Shown piece by piece: positions 10,955 to 24,058 of a stretch of DNA of 64,000 nucleotides. This DNA is from Selaginella moellendorffii (Eukaryota; Plantae; Lycopodiophyta). The DNA lies in NCBI RefSeq assembly GCF_000143415.4, contig NW_003314332.1, forward strand, positions 1 through 64,000, read 5' to 3'. A program made the translations under genes and the position numbers. Within the stretch, counting starts at the first letter, position 1. Each line of letters begins with the position of its first letter. The notes below the pieces were generated by a model. The model saw only the letters and a list, made by a program, of their open reading frames with translations. It ran no database searches and was not told the DNA's origin.

Positions 10955-12859
10955 CTAGTGCGAGACAATGTTTGCAAGCATTACATACGGTGCTGGATGG
11001 TTTGGATCTGACTCAAGAGCCAACTTTGCCATGAGTGGTGCTCCTTTCGGACTCATCTGGCTGAAACTGAGCAAGCTCTGCCAGTTGATGACGTCGTTCA
11101 CAAACGGCATGCTCTTGACAAGCTCCTGTGCGTTGTTTACATCGCCAGATCGAGCGAAGACGTCGGCCAAGCAGCCATAGATAACCTTGGATGGTTTCAT
11201 GCCAAAGTCCCTCCTCAGCGACCAAACCAAGTCCCGGGCCACCAAAACACTTCCGGCGTAGTTGCATCCCAGCACAATGCACAGGAAAGTGGTCTCGTTT
11301 GGTTCCATGCCCGCCATCTCCATTCTCTGGAAGAGCTTGACGACGTTTCCCAGGCCTCCTCGCTGGGAGAGAGTTGCAAGCATCGAATTCCAAGACACCA
11401 CATTTGTCTCCGGCATCTCGTCCAACAACACTTTCAAGGCCCCGTCCAAAAGCCCATTCCTTGCGAAGGCCCACAGCATCACATTCCAGGAGACAACGTC
11501 CTTTTGGATCATCCGGAAGAAGAAATCTTTGGCATCGGTCAGAGGCCCGTTCTCGGCATAGCCGGACAAGAGAGTGTTCAACGAAACCATGTCCCAAGCT
11601 GGCATTCCATCAAAAAGCAATTTTGAGTCGTCGACAAGCCCGTTTTGGGCGTAAGCACCGAGCATGGCGTTCCATGAAACCAAGTTTCTCTTGATCATCA
11701 CGTCAAACAAGCTCTTGCATTCCTCGACTCGGCCACTCCGAGCGTACGCGGTGAGCATCGTGTTGCTGGACACCAGATTTGTTTCTTTCATCTCGTCAAA
11801 AAGTCTCTGTGCCTCGTTTGTATTATCGACTCGTGCATATCCATCAAGCATGATGTTCCAAGCTACGGCATCCCAAACCGGCATCTTGTCAAACAAGGCT
11901 TTTGCTTTGGGGATTTGCCCGTTTTGAGCGTAGGCCGCCACCATGGCCGTCCACGAAACAATGCTTTGCTGTGGCATCTTATCAAACAAGGCTCTTGCCT
12001 CGTCAACTTTTCCACTGCTCGCAAACGCATGTAACATTCCAGCACACGAGACAAGGCTGTGCTCAGGCATGGAATCATAAAGAGCCTTCGCCTTCGCAAA
12101 ATCACCGCTTTGGACAAATGCTGTAAGCATAGCGTTCCAAGAAACCGTGTCTTTCTCCTCAATGGAATTAAACAGGTAGAAAGCTTTGTCGATCTCACCG
12201 CTGGAAGCGTAAACATCTAGCATAATCGTGTAAGCCGCCAGAGATTTCTCAGGCATAGAATCAAAAACTCGTTTCGCCTCTTCAAAATGCCCACTTGCGG
12301 CATACGCTGTTAACATTCTTAACCACGACGCAGCATTCCATTCGGGCATGGCAGCACAGCTATCCGCCACCTTTCTAAACTCCTTTGACTGCCCATAAAC
12401 GACTATAAGCGCGTTCCACGAGAAAATGTCCCATGCAGGCATAGAATCAAAGAGCTTCTTCGATTCTACAACATGACCACTCTGGGCATATGCAGTAACG
12501 ATCGTGTTCCACGACACTAAATCCCTTTCGAGCATTGAATCGAACATCTTCTTGGCATCTTGGAGATGCCCAGCGCGGGCATAAAGTCCCAGCATTGTGT
12601 TCCATGAAACAACGTTGGTCTCCGCAAATTCCTCGAGGAAGAACTTGCGAGCTTGCGACACCATTTTCTTGTGAGCGTAGGCAGCTAGCATGGCATTGCA
12701 GGAGCTCACATTCCTGGCGGGCATTCGATCGAAAAGCTCTCTGGCCTCGGTGACGCGGCCATTGCGAGCGTAGAACGAAAGCATCGACACCCATGCCGAC
12801 TGATCCAAACTTCCCTTGCTGGAGAGAAGATGGTCGAAGATCGCGCGAGCCTCTTCCAC
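10955..12859 (-). CDS. Intronless PLS-class PPR protein with E domain (no DYW)
   Basis: 634-aa ORF of S-type PPR repeats ending PYVMLANI. The first in-frame ATG is at 12784 and there is an upstream in-frame stop near 12897. Confidence 0.88.
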   Translation of the reverse strand: MEEARAIFDHLLSSKGSLDQSAWVSMLSFYARNGRVTEARELFDRMPARNVSSCNAMLAAYAHKKMVSQARKFFLEEFAETNVVSWNTMLGLYARAGHLQDAKKMFDSMLERDLVSWNTIVTAYAQSGHVVESKKLFDSMPAWDIFSWNALIVVYGQSKEFRKVADSCAAMPEWNAASWLRMLTAYAASGHFEEAKRVFDSMPEKSLAAYTIMLDVYASSGEIDKAFYLFNSIEEKDTVSWNAMLTAFVQSGDFAKAKALYDSMPEHSLVSCAGMLHAFASSGKVDEARALFDKMPQQSIVSWTAMVAAYAQNGQIPKAKALFDKMPVWDAVAWNIMLDGYARVDNTNEAQRLFDEMKETNLVSSNTMLTAYARSGRVEECKSLFDVMIKRNLVSWNAMLGAYAQNGLVDDSKLLFDGMPAWDMVSLNTLLSGYAENGPLTDAKDFFFRMIQKDVVSWNVMLWAFARNGLLDGALKVLLDEMPETNVVSWNSMLATLSQRGGLGNVVKLFQRMEMAGMEPNETTFLCIVLGCNYAGSVLVARDLVWSLRRDFGMKPSKVIYGCLADVFARSGDVNNAQELVKSMPFVNDVINWQSLLSFSQMSPKGAPLMAKLALESDPNHPAPYVMLANIVSH

Positions 12860-13043
12860 GCTACCACACCGGCGGATATCAAGAACAGCCAGCTTCTATC
12901 AAAATGTGTGTAGTCTTATCAAAATCGCAAGAAGAAAACGAGAAGCATCATAGCTCTATCAAAGAGAAGCGCGAGAAGAAAACCAAAAAGCTAGAGACAA
13001 TACTTACAGGAGGGGAAAACCGCTGCGTGCTCTCGATCTTCTT

Positions 13044-15628
13044 TCACTGCTGGCGGGGTCTCGCACGACCAATAAGGCGGCATTGATACGGTAGCAACGC
13101 TGCTGATATCGGACTGTTTAGCTCCAGGAGCTCGCCATCGATCCCACAACCTTGAAGATCATTTCCTGCGGTTTTTAGTATAGCTTGGCGCACCTGTTTG
13201 TTGCAAAGCATTAGCGAAGTAGCGAAAGCAAAAAAAGATGTTGATGCGGGAGGGAGCGAGCTTACCTTGATGTACTCGACGAATGGTAGTTTCAAGTGAC
13301 GGTTGAACTGCATCGACCAGAAGAAACGCAGGAGTTGCAACCGGCCCACTGCTCGCACGATGATCAAGTCGAGGTTCCCGTCGTCGTGCTCGGCCCCGGG
13401 AGCAAGAACTTGAGATGGTAGGCACTGCACCGTCTTGCACTGATGGTTGCACAGCATAATTCCCAGAAAGTATCCCTGCCTGTGCTCCCACTTTGGCACC
13501 ACGCTGTCACTGGACGGTGGGAAGCTATCCGACTCGGAGCTGAATCTGGAGTCGACTGGACTGTCCCATTTCGGTCCCGGACTGTCCCATTTCGGTGCTG
13601 GACTGTCCCACTTCGGTGCTGGACTGTCCCACTTCGGTGCCGACGACACGTTTTCTGCTTCCCCGTTGGAAGAGATCACAGAGTTGGCACGCGAAACTCT
13701 GGCCGACTCGCCGTCCACGCTCAGCCCCGACCAGCTTTTCTCGGACCTCGACTTGGACCTCGTCCGTGGCCTCGGAGACGGACTAGTTGTTCCGTGGTGG
13801 ACGGAAAGAGCCTCCTCGGTGCAGCAACCGGGAAAGGAAGCTCGAGTCGAGAGTTGCTTCTTTGTCTTCCCGTCGAGGCCTCTGACGTAGTCGGATGGCT
13901 CGTTTGTAGCATCGTGATCATTCTCCGTCGAAGTGCTTCTTGAAAAGATGGCCTCGATGGTCCCTGCCTCGAGGTCTCCATGTCTGTCGACTTCCAGACG
14001 AACGTTCGGGCCGCTGGCTTCGTCTTTCTTGGTGTCGACTGGGACGAAATCTATTTCACACTTGTACTGCGGCAAACGGAGTAGCTTCAGAGCACCTGCT
14101 ACGAAGTACCGCAATGGTCCAAACCTTTTCTGGTATTTACTAGAAAGCTCCAAGACTGCAATTCACTTAAATCAAATCCTGTGGTAGCAAAAGGACAATG
14201 AGATACCCACCATCACTCATAAATCCATAATATGCAATTGTAAAGCCAAGATGAACAGCACCAGTTTTTGTCCATTCCACGCCAAGAACATCCATACCCA
14301 CCATGCCTCCCTAAAACTCAAAAGACGAAAATGAGAAAGTCTAGCCTTGACTCCAAAATAGCAGAACAAAGGAATACTACCTTCACGATTGCAACAGCAG
14401 CGGAGACGGGATCGCGAATACCTAAGACGGTCCATACCAACGAGTTATCAGAGCCGGCCGGGATAATGCCAATGGGAACCTCCGATGCTCTGTGTGGATT
14501 ATCTCTGCTAAGTAAGCCGTTCAACACCTACACAAAAACAGAAAGCAAGCAACGGAGTCTTTAAGACCGTGTTTCCCGATGAGTAAATTACCTCGTTCAC
14601 AATCCCGTCGCCACCAACACAAATAATTCCTAAAAGAGACAAGTCAGTTGCAAAGTGAACACATGGTACGCTAGAAAACGCGTGACTTACCATCTGGACA
14701 AGTAGAGAGATCGACAGTAGATGCCAGTGTTTGAGCGTGACGGGCATCCGTGGTCTCGACAATTGTAAGTCTAAAACCAGCCAGCTGTAAGAAAGATGCA
14801 CTGTGTCCGTGAGTAAATGCAAAGTGAATGCTCAAAGTACTTGCCTTCAGGACTGGCTCCGCCTTACTGAACACCTTGCGAGCACGACCACGACCGGAGC
14901 GAGGATTCAGAATGACAAGCACCGTAGGACGGGACCGGCACCTGATCGAGGGAGACGGAGAGGATCCCGCATCGACAACAGTGCTCTTCTTCTTCGAGGA
15001 TGCGAGCGGGTGCCTCAAAAAGTTGATGTGGCAACCTTGGTCGGCGAAGGCAGAGACCCACTGCAAAACCTCTTCGGCATCAGGAGCTAGGAAATGTAGA
15101 TCTTTCCGAGACCTCCGCGAGCTCGAGATCCATTTCTCTTTCGTGACTTGATACGAGTGAATTGTAAAGCGTCGACTTCCGTCGCTGTAAGAAACCTGGC
15201 AAGTTACACGAATGAGCAACCAAGCGAAGAAACGAAAGAAGAAAGAAGAAAGAACTTACAGCGACAACGTCTTCGAGCCTCAAACAGTGAAGACCCCAGA
15301 TGAGTGCCTTGGTAGTGAGCTTGGCGTGGACCTCCACAGTAGCCATGTTTATGTTCTCTTGCGTGCCAGTGCCTGGAGGAGCCACCATACCCGTCATGAC
15401 AATCTCCCCCAGCAAATCCAAGTCCTCATCCTTGATATTTATTTTGTGGTCGCCAGGTACCTCTCTCTCGCCTTTCTTCGAGCGCCTGGCACTTCCAGAG
15501 AGCCCCCATTTGCTCTTCTTGGACGATGGTGGAGGGGGCAAAGCCTGCGGCGGCGCCTCCTGGTCCCCCGGCTGAGAATTCTCCGTCTTCTTCGCTAGAA
15601 CGCGTAGAGGATTGATCGAACCCCGCAT
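13044..15628 (-). CDS. LCBK1: Sphingoid long-chain base kinase 1-like (DAGK catalytic family)
   Basis: Motifs LVILNPRSGRG, IICVGGDGIVNEV, GIIPAGSDNSLVWTVLG, YQKRFGPLRYFVAG, CGIDGEL across GT-AG spliced exons. ATG at 15628. Confidence 0.9.
13558..13641 (-). repeat. 21-bp coding tandem repeat x4 (A/G-PKWDSP)
   Basis: GGACTGTCCCA(T/C)TTCGGT repeated four times in the LCBK1 exon. Confidence 0.9.
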
Positions 15629-16155
15629 CTCTGCCCAATTCCCACGACTCACAGCGCCGATCGTAGTACCATCCCCTGGAAATTTAGAAGGCCGAGTTAG
15701 CGGCGCGAGAGAGAAGGGGAAAAAGACCTAGGAAATGCGCGACAATCAAGGATCTGGAGGAGAGAGAATGCGCCTGGCTACAGTGAGGAAGAGCTGCATT
15801 CCAGCTAGAGGACGAGAGAGAGTGCCGTGAGCACGATGATCTTCTCGGAATTTCGTACAGCGCCTACGATCTAATCCCCAAATCACACTGTTTGGATCGT
15901 GAGCTTACCTGTTGGCGCCGCCGTCGCGCTGCTACAGTGTTCTTCGCTCCTCCTCCTCTTCCTTGCCTGACCCGCTGCTGGGCATGGTCTGTGACATCAG
16001 CAAATGCCCTAGAAGGTGGAGCATATTCTACTAGATACTTTTTTACGAGATGCGGATCTCAAACCTGGAATAAATTGTGGCCCTAAAATTACGCTCTCGG
16101 GGTATATGCGAATTTGAAGTAGAGAATGTTTCGGGCCAGGTTTAGGGTTTTCTAG

Positions 16156-17649
<1,494 letters not shown>

Positions 17650-17760
17650 TGATCCTTTTTGTTCTTCTTTAACTTCGGAAAGTATGCCCCGAATATTCGT
17701 TGTTTGCGAATATGCTATAAATATTCTAAAATATTTTGCAAAGAGCTCTTCCCGCGCGCC

Positions 17761-17778
17761 ATAGCTAGGGTTTTAGGG
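17761..17778 (+). promoter_or_regulatory. Double telo-box-like motif upstream of HEI10
   Basis: ATAGCTAGGGTTTTAGGG, 32 bp before the ATG. 17/18 identical to 21187-21204 upstream of SPO11-1. Confidence 0.55.
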
Positions 17779-17810
17779 GACTCATCGATGGGAGCGGCGT
17801 GAAGGAGGCG

Positions 17811-19062
17811 ATGAGGTGCAATGCGTGCTGGAAGGAGCTGGAAGGGCGCGCCGTAGCCACTGTCTGTGGCCACATTTTCTGTAAGCGCGCGCGCTGGCGC
17901 CGATCGATGGATCCCATGCGATTTCGTCTGTCACTGATCGCGATGCTTGCTTCTCGCCAGGCAACGAGGATGCCGCCAAGATTCTCACTTGCGACTCAAC
18001 ATGTCCTCTGTGCGAGCAGATCTTGTCCAAGAGGTATGATCTACCAAAATATTTCTCCCCCATTGCAATCACCGCCATTTCAGCAACATGAAGTCCCTCG
18101 ACTTGAATCCAAACGACGACTGGACTAATGTAAGTCGATCTGTGCCTGGCAATCGTCTAAGATCCAAGGTTTCGTGCAGATGATCATGGCCGGAGTACCG
18201 CCTCACTGCAGTATCCTTTCTCAAAGTTGTGCTTCTCCAGTGTTTTTTTTTTTTTTTTTGTAAGCTAGCTAGCCAGGCGGCCTTAACTCTGCAAAGTCAT
18301 GAAGAGCGCGTTCAAGGGTGTCATCTTCTGGATCGGGCAGAAAGACGTGGAATCGCAGCTCACAGTGAATCGGGCAACGCAATGGAAGCAGAAGTGCAAA
18401 GAAATGGAAGCGACCTTTATGCAGAAGATGTCCGAGTTCCAGGGAGCTTACCAAAAGGCCGTCAAGAGAGTCCAGGCGCTGGAAGCCGAGCGAGACAGCC
18501 TGCTCAAAGACAAGAGCGAACTGGAGGAGAAGTACTCGGAGAAGTCACGGTAAGCTAAACTCATGAGTTCTTGGTTGTTTTTTAATTCAGGGGAATGACT
18601 TACAGGCAGAAGAGGAAGCTGGAGGAAATGTACGACTCTCTTCGTACCGAGTACGAGAAAACGAAGATGAATGCTTCACGGCCGCCTCCAGCACGTATGG
18701 GAAGCCCGAACGGGATAGCCGACTCTGATCTCTGGCAGTCGAGGCCTGCTCAAAAAGCCGGGGCATTCCACCATCAATCGCTGCTTCCTCCGACGAGAAG
18801 ACCGGCACCAGCTCCTGCTCCAATGCTAACGAACAGGCAGCGTCAGACCTCTCCATTCAAGTCGGCGGACTCGGACATGTTTGCGCCACCGCCACCTGCC
18901 AGGAACACCTCGAATGCGCTGCGAAATCTGCTGCTCTCGCCACTCAAGAGGCCAATATCGAGACTTGGAGCACCCGGACTGAGGTACCCAAAGTTTAAGC
19001 TTGAGTGCGCGTGAGTGACACCTTCTCTTTAAAAAAAAAAAAATTGTGCTTGCAGCTCTTGA
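17811..19062 (+). CDS. HEI10: Meiotic RING E3 ligase HEI10 (CCNB1IP1 homolog)
   Basis: MRCNACWKELEGRAVATVCGHIFC..CPLCEQILSK..LNPNDDWTNM RING, coiled coil ELEEKYSEKSRQKRKLEEMYDSLRTEYE, C-terminal LRNLLLSPLKRP. Stop is at 19062 if the last intron is spliced, otherwise 19014. Confidence 0.93.
18211..18296 (+). other. U12-type (minor spliceosome) GT-AG intron in HEI10
   Basis: 5' site GTATCCTTT at 18211, branch site CCTTAAC at 18281-18287, AG at 18295-18296. Splicing restores the frame (HC-I-MKSA). Confidence 0.85.
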
Positions 19063-19556
19063 GCTGGACGGAGGAGGCGCGATCGAATCAAAAAGCTCAA
19101 ATTCTACTTCGTGTAAGCACGTCATTTGTTTCTGTACAGTTCTTTTTTCTCGCGTTTAAATTGTCAGCTGACAGCGACTTTGAGAGGTTTTTGGACTAAT
19201 TTAGGGCTGACGGTTTGAGGCCAGTCTCAGAAGATAGTCTTTGTGAGACGCTACTTCAACCGTGTCTGCATTTGCGATATTCGCATCGAGTAGATGCGAA
19301 TCGCGTCCCCGCCGGGGTCGGTGACAGCTCCGCCTTGGCAACGTGAGCAACGCCGCAAGGTTTTTGGTTGTTCGTCGTTTTCATTTCACAGGACGGACTC
19401 CCAGCTCTCCGTTTTGGTACACTCAACTCATCAACCGACGGCTCAAGCAATCGTTGGCGGCGTTGTATCCGAGGTAAGGAACTTGTTTTTTTTAATGCTT
19501 TCTCAACCTTGAAATTGCAGGCTGCTGGGGCTTCTTCATCTCGGAGTTCCAAGAAA

Positions 19557-21134
19557 ATGCCGACAACTGCTGGAGGCGGCACTCCATTCTTTCCTCGGAG
19601 GTGGATATTGTTTGCCTATCTCGTTCTGGGAGTGAATGCTGCGGTCTACCTCCGGCCGGCTGCTCGGCCTCTTCTCAATCTCGTTGATCAGAATGGTCTC
19701 GAAAATGAAATCGAGCAGGTACGCTAAAGAGGTCTTTCTTTCTTTGTCTCACTGATTCATAACAGGTGCGTGTCTCGTTAGCAGCAGCGAACCACATGAG
19801 AGTAAGCTGGATTTCATCGAGCTCCAATTCTCCCTCTAGTGTGCAATACGGAACATCACCCGGCAAGTACGAGTCAAGTGCTACTGGATCCAAACTCAAT
19901 TATGGGTTCTTGCTCTACAAATCCGGCACGATTCACGGTGCAGTTCTTGGTCCTTTGGAAAACAATACTGTCTACTACTACAAATGTGGAGGAATGGGGA
20001 AGGAATTCAGTTTCAAGACACCGCCGGCTAACTTGCCCGTAACGTTCGCCGTAGTCGGTTAGTTTCCAACGTTTGGTTCTTGCGTGTGCTTGACCCGTTT
20101 CCTTTTTTCCCGAGCAGGAGACATTGGACAAACGGGATGGACAGTTACTACTCTAGAACACGTACAGAAAAGCACCTACGATGTGCTATTGTTTGCTGGA
20201 GACTTGTCGTACGCGGATTATTACCAGCCACGGTGGGATTCTTTCGGCAGGCTTGTGGAACCCTCGGCAAGCTCGAGGCCCTGGATGGTGACGGAAGGAA
20301 ACCACGAGATTGAAAGGATTCCTCTCATCAGTTCGTTTAGAGCTTACAACACTCGCTGGAGAATGCCGTACGAAGAGAGCGGGTCTGATTCGAATCTCTA
20401 CTATTCGTTCGACGTTGCTGGAGCTCACGTGCTGATGCTGGGATCATATGCCGACTTCGGACAACGCTCGCCTCAGTATAAGTGGCTACAGGTACTTTTC
20501 TTCTCTATTTTTTTTCGCAGCTTAGCTTTTGGGTGATGTGATCGTACCTCAGGCAGATCTTGCGAGGATTGATCGCAAAAGGACCCCTTGGCTCATTGCT
20601 GTTCTACATGCTCCGTGGTACAACAGCAACGAGGCGCACCGAAACGAAGGCGACGACATGATGAAAGCGATTGAGTCTCTTCTGCAAGCAGCAGGGACTG
20701 ACCTTTTATTCGCAGGCCATGTCCATGCATACGAACGATGGGTACTGCTCTCGAGAATCTTTGCTTTCTACTTTACTAAGTTCTCTTGGCAGGACCGGAT
20801 GTTCCAAGGAAAGAAAGACGACTGCGGCATTGTTCACATAACAATTGGAGATGGTGGCAACCGTGAAGGCCTCGCAACCAAGTAAGCTCTTCGTTGATTT
20901 CCTTTCTCTTTGCCACTAACACAGGTTTCTTCCAGGTTCCTTGATCCCAAGCCTGAGAATTCTCTCTTTCGTGAAGCCAGCTTTGGACACGGCCAGTTCA
21001 AGCTCGTGAATTCCACTCACGCTCACTGGAGCTGGCACAGGAATGACGACGATCAAGCAAAAATCGCGGACGAGCTGTGGATCCAATCCTTGAGCTCAAC
21101 CGGATGCTCTCTAGCCAGCAAAAAGATGCGATGA
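19557..21134 (+). CDS. Purple acid phosphatase (PAP18/22-like)
   Basis: Signal sequence, FN3-like N-domain, and all five metal-ligand motifs: GDIG, GDLSY, GNHE, VLH, GHVH. Also GDGGNREG. Confidence 0.93.
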
Positions 21135-21186
21135 TAGCCGTTGGAACCTTTTTCATATAACATGATTCTTTTAGCATCTAGTTTGA

Positions 21187-21204
21187 ATAGTTAGGGTTTT
21201 AGGG
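21187..21204 (+). promoter_or_regulatory. Double telo-box-like motif upstream of SPO11-1
   Basis: ATAGTTAGGGTTTTAGGG, 14 bp before the ATG. Confidence 0.55.
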
Positions 21205-21218
21205 ACAGGCGGGAGACC

Positions 21219-23082
21219 ATGGCCGCTTGCCGCTGGCGCTCCGCGGCGCTCCAATCTCCTGGAGCTGGACATGGATCGGGGGTTCCGCCGGAAGAGCTCC
21301 TGGCAAGGATTCAAGGTCAGCGCCTCCCGCATTCTGTCGTATGCATCGAAATTCTGGCATTCTTGCAGATTTTATCAAGGAGTTTCTTTCTCGTATCAAG
21401 GATCGATCGATGCTGGTGATCAGTCTGGATAAATTTCGGATGCGCAAGCTTCGCTCTTCCGAGGACACGAATCTGTGAGCAAGTTTTGTTTGGAAGGTTT
21501 CTCATTCTTGCTTGCCGTGCTGCTTGTTTGCGCAGCGGGATATTTGAAAGATGTGAGGCGCAAGAAAACCTCTCACTCCAAACAAGTGGCCGTAGAATCC
21601 GTAAGTACTATTATGTCTCTTCACAGCTTGTGACTGATCTATCGTTTCGAATTCTTTTCCTAGTCGCTATGCTCAGGGTCCTTCAAATTGTCCAGTCGCT
21701 ACTCCAGCAGGGAAAACATGCATCGAAACGAGACCTCTACTACACCGATCCTGGTCTATTCAAAGGCACGCATGCTCTCTACTCTACTCGCTTTTTATGC
21801 TAGCGGTGGTTTTATTATAGCAGACCAAGCAACCGTGAACCAAGCTTTGATTGACATTTCCGTCAGGCTCAAGTGTACTAGATCTTCTCTTCACGTAGTA
21901 AGCTTTACCTGTTGATTGAATTTACCATCTGACAAGTCTGTCTTTCAGGTTTCTGTCGGCAAAGGGTACGTTCTCGCTACGTTGTGGAAGACTGGCGTCT
22001 TAGAGTTGATGCTCTTGCAGTTTAATCATGGGATCGCTGCGATTCAAGGATGCTGACAGGACAATTGACTGCTCGGTTTGCAAGTCTCGCGTAAGGCTAG
22101 TCTGTTTATTGACACAGTTGATACACTTGACTTTGTTCATTCAGGGCTATCCCATTCCCACAGATGCGAAGATGGTAACGGGTATCTTAGTCTTGCGATG
22201 ATGAGTCCTTTTTTTAATATTCTTTTCCTTGACCACCACAAAGACATCAGCAGTTGTGCAGAATACATTATCGTAGTCGAAAAGGAAACCGGTAAATAAT
22301 CTTCTGTCTGCCTCTTTCGTAACATCTTTCTTCTCAGTCTTTCAGCGACTGGCAAATGATGGATTTTGCAGGAAGAACAACTGTATAGTACTAACTGTAA
22401 GTTCTTCACACTTTTTCTACCTTGATCATAGATTCTTACGCACATGTACAGGGGAGAGGGTACCCCGACGTGGCTACAAGGAGGTAACAAGATTGTTTTT
22501 GACACCGCGTTCGTAACTTCGGTTTTGTTTTCAGTTTTTTAAGGCTTCTGGCAGCTGAAACAAAGTTGCCCGTTTATGGATTGGTGGATGCCGATCCGTA
22601 TGGCCTGGACATCCTTGCTACATACCGCTTCGGCTCGCCGGTGAGCGTTGTTTAATTGTCAAATTCTCAAGCAAATCCCGGCTTCCCCTTCAGACCATGG
22701 CATACGATGCTGAAGCTCTTGCTACACCAAGCATTCGATGGCTAGGAGTTTTCCTTTCTGATTGCCAAACGCATAATGTCCCGGATAGGTGCCTCCTTTC
22801 CCTGACAAACGACGGTAAGATCCAACTTTGTGATTGACAGATAGAAGAAAAGCCGAAGCCATGCTCAACAGAGACTACTTGAAGCACTTGGCATTCTCTT
22901 GGAAGTAATTTCAACCTGTGACTCTGTGCTAAATTTCTGTGGAGTTTTGCAGCCAGCAGTTGCGGCTGATGCTGGAGAAAGGTGTCAAACTCGAGCTGGA
23001 GGCACTGTCGGCTTCTAAATTTTCCGCGCTCGCGGACGACTACATTCCGCATAAGATCAAGGCGGCAGCATATTTGTGCTAG
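21219..23082 (+). CDS. SPO11-1: Meiotic recombination protein SPO11-1 (copy 1, full length, about 15 exons)
   Basis: Spliced exons give HASKRDLYY (catalytic Tyr region), [52 protein letters not shown] and KLELEALS. Stop TAG at 23080-23082. GC-AG intron at 21766-21823. Confidence 0.93.
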
Positions 23083-23237
23083 TATCCTTTTCGGACAGCA
23101 AACCGGTGCGTCATCCAATCAACACATTCAAAGGGAGCATCGCATTATTACAGAGCACCTCGACGGGAATAATCTCTCTTGATCCCGCCAGCAACATATA
23201 TGTGCTTCGTACATGGTATTTTGCTTCACTGCAAAGC

Positions 23238-23636
23238 TTATGGAATGCATGTGAGTCTCACACTCTGTGCTAGTCTCACTTCCGTCGCATCACAGAGTGA
23301 CACATTCGATCGAACTATGGTTGAAGTGCCAAGACAATCGGGCAGACTAAACAAAATTCCAGCTTGCCCGGAGTATGTGAAGCGATAGTAGAGTGGAGTG
23401 GCCACACATGTAGAGAAGCAAGGATTGAGCTTGGCCGTGTAGCTCGTTCCAGGGTCTTGGCAACCCGGGAGGTCGTAAACATCGAGCCTGCCGTTAGCAT
23501 CGACTTGAGTGATTAAGATTGTGATCACCGCCAGCACTGCTGCCATGATCTTCAAGAGATTGAGTGCCTGAGATCAAACAAGAGCACAGGAGTTGTTAAT
23601 AGGTGTAATACGATGCAAAGTGTGCAGCCAAACCAT
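23238..23636 (-). CDS. MiAMP1-like six-Cys secreted antimicrobial peptide, type A (left arm)
   Basis: ATG-only first exon (23636), intron, signal peptide, then LDVYDLPGC...YRFTYSGQAGILFSLPDCLG...C...SVRLTC. This matches the MiAMP1 pattern VxxxPGC..YxFxYxGQxxxLxxxxxCxG..C..SxxxxC. Confidence 0.75.
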
Positions 23637-23680
23637 TTCTCCAAGGACGGATTGTAGTTGAAGAACTAACCTTGTTCTTG

Positions 23681-23988
23681 TTTTATAGGAGTTTGAAGTG
23701 CTCATGGGTCGCGAGGATTAGCTTCTAGAAATTGGATGTGTGATCATGATCTGATTGGGTGATCGTGCAGCGCAAGACACACGCTCTGGAAAACATCCTT
23801 TGCAAAATCAAAATGTGTTTAGACTACAGTCTTAGTAGAGTGTGTAAGTGCATTAAAAAATATCCACGCTGAGCTGAACGAGTGTGCTGCTCTGCACGAT
23901 TATCCAACTAGATCATTGATCATGCATGAAAATTCCTATAAATTATAATCATCCTCGCGACCCACGAGCACTTCAAACTCCTATAAAA
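23681..23988. promoter_or_regulatory. Bidirectional promoter with inverted copies of a ~38-bp TATA-containing core
   Basis: TTTTATAGGAGTTTGAAGTGCTCATGGGTCGCGAGGAT at 23681-23718 is the near-perfect reverse complement of 23951-23988. Each copy points to one peptide gene. Confidence 0.8.
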
Positions 23989-24058
23989 AGCGGACACTAG
24001 TCCCTCAACTCCTCATCCTATTGTTCAAAGCTTTCAAGAAGCGTGTTACTGAGAAACA

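Noticed and set aside
23082-23191. GTATCCTTT overlapping the SPO11-1 stop codon as a possible U12 donor giving a C-terminal extension
   Set aside because: The protein already ends at the expected position, the candidate branch site (CTCTTGAT) is weak, and there is no transcript evidence.
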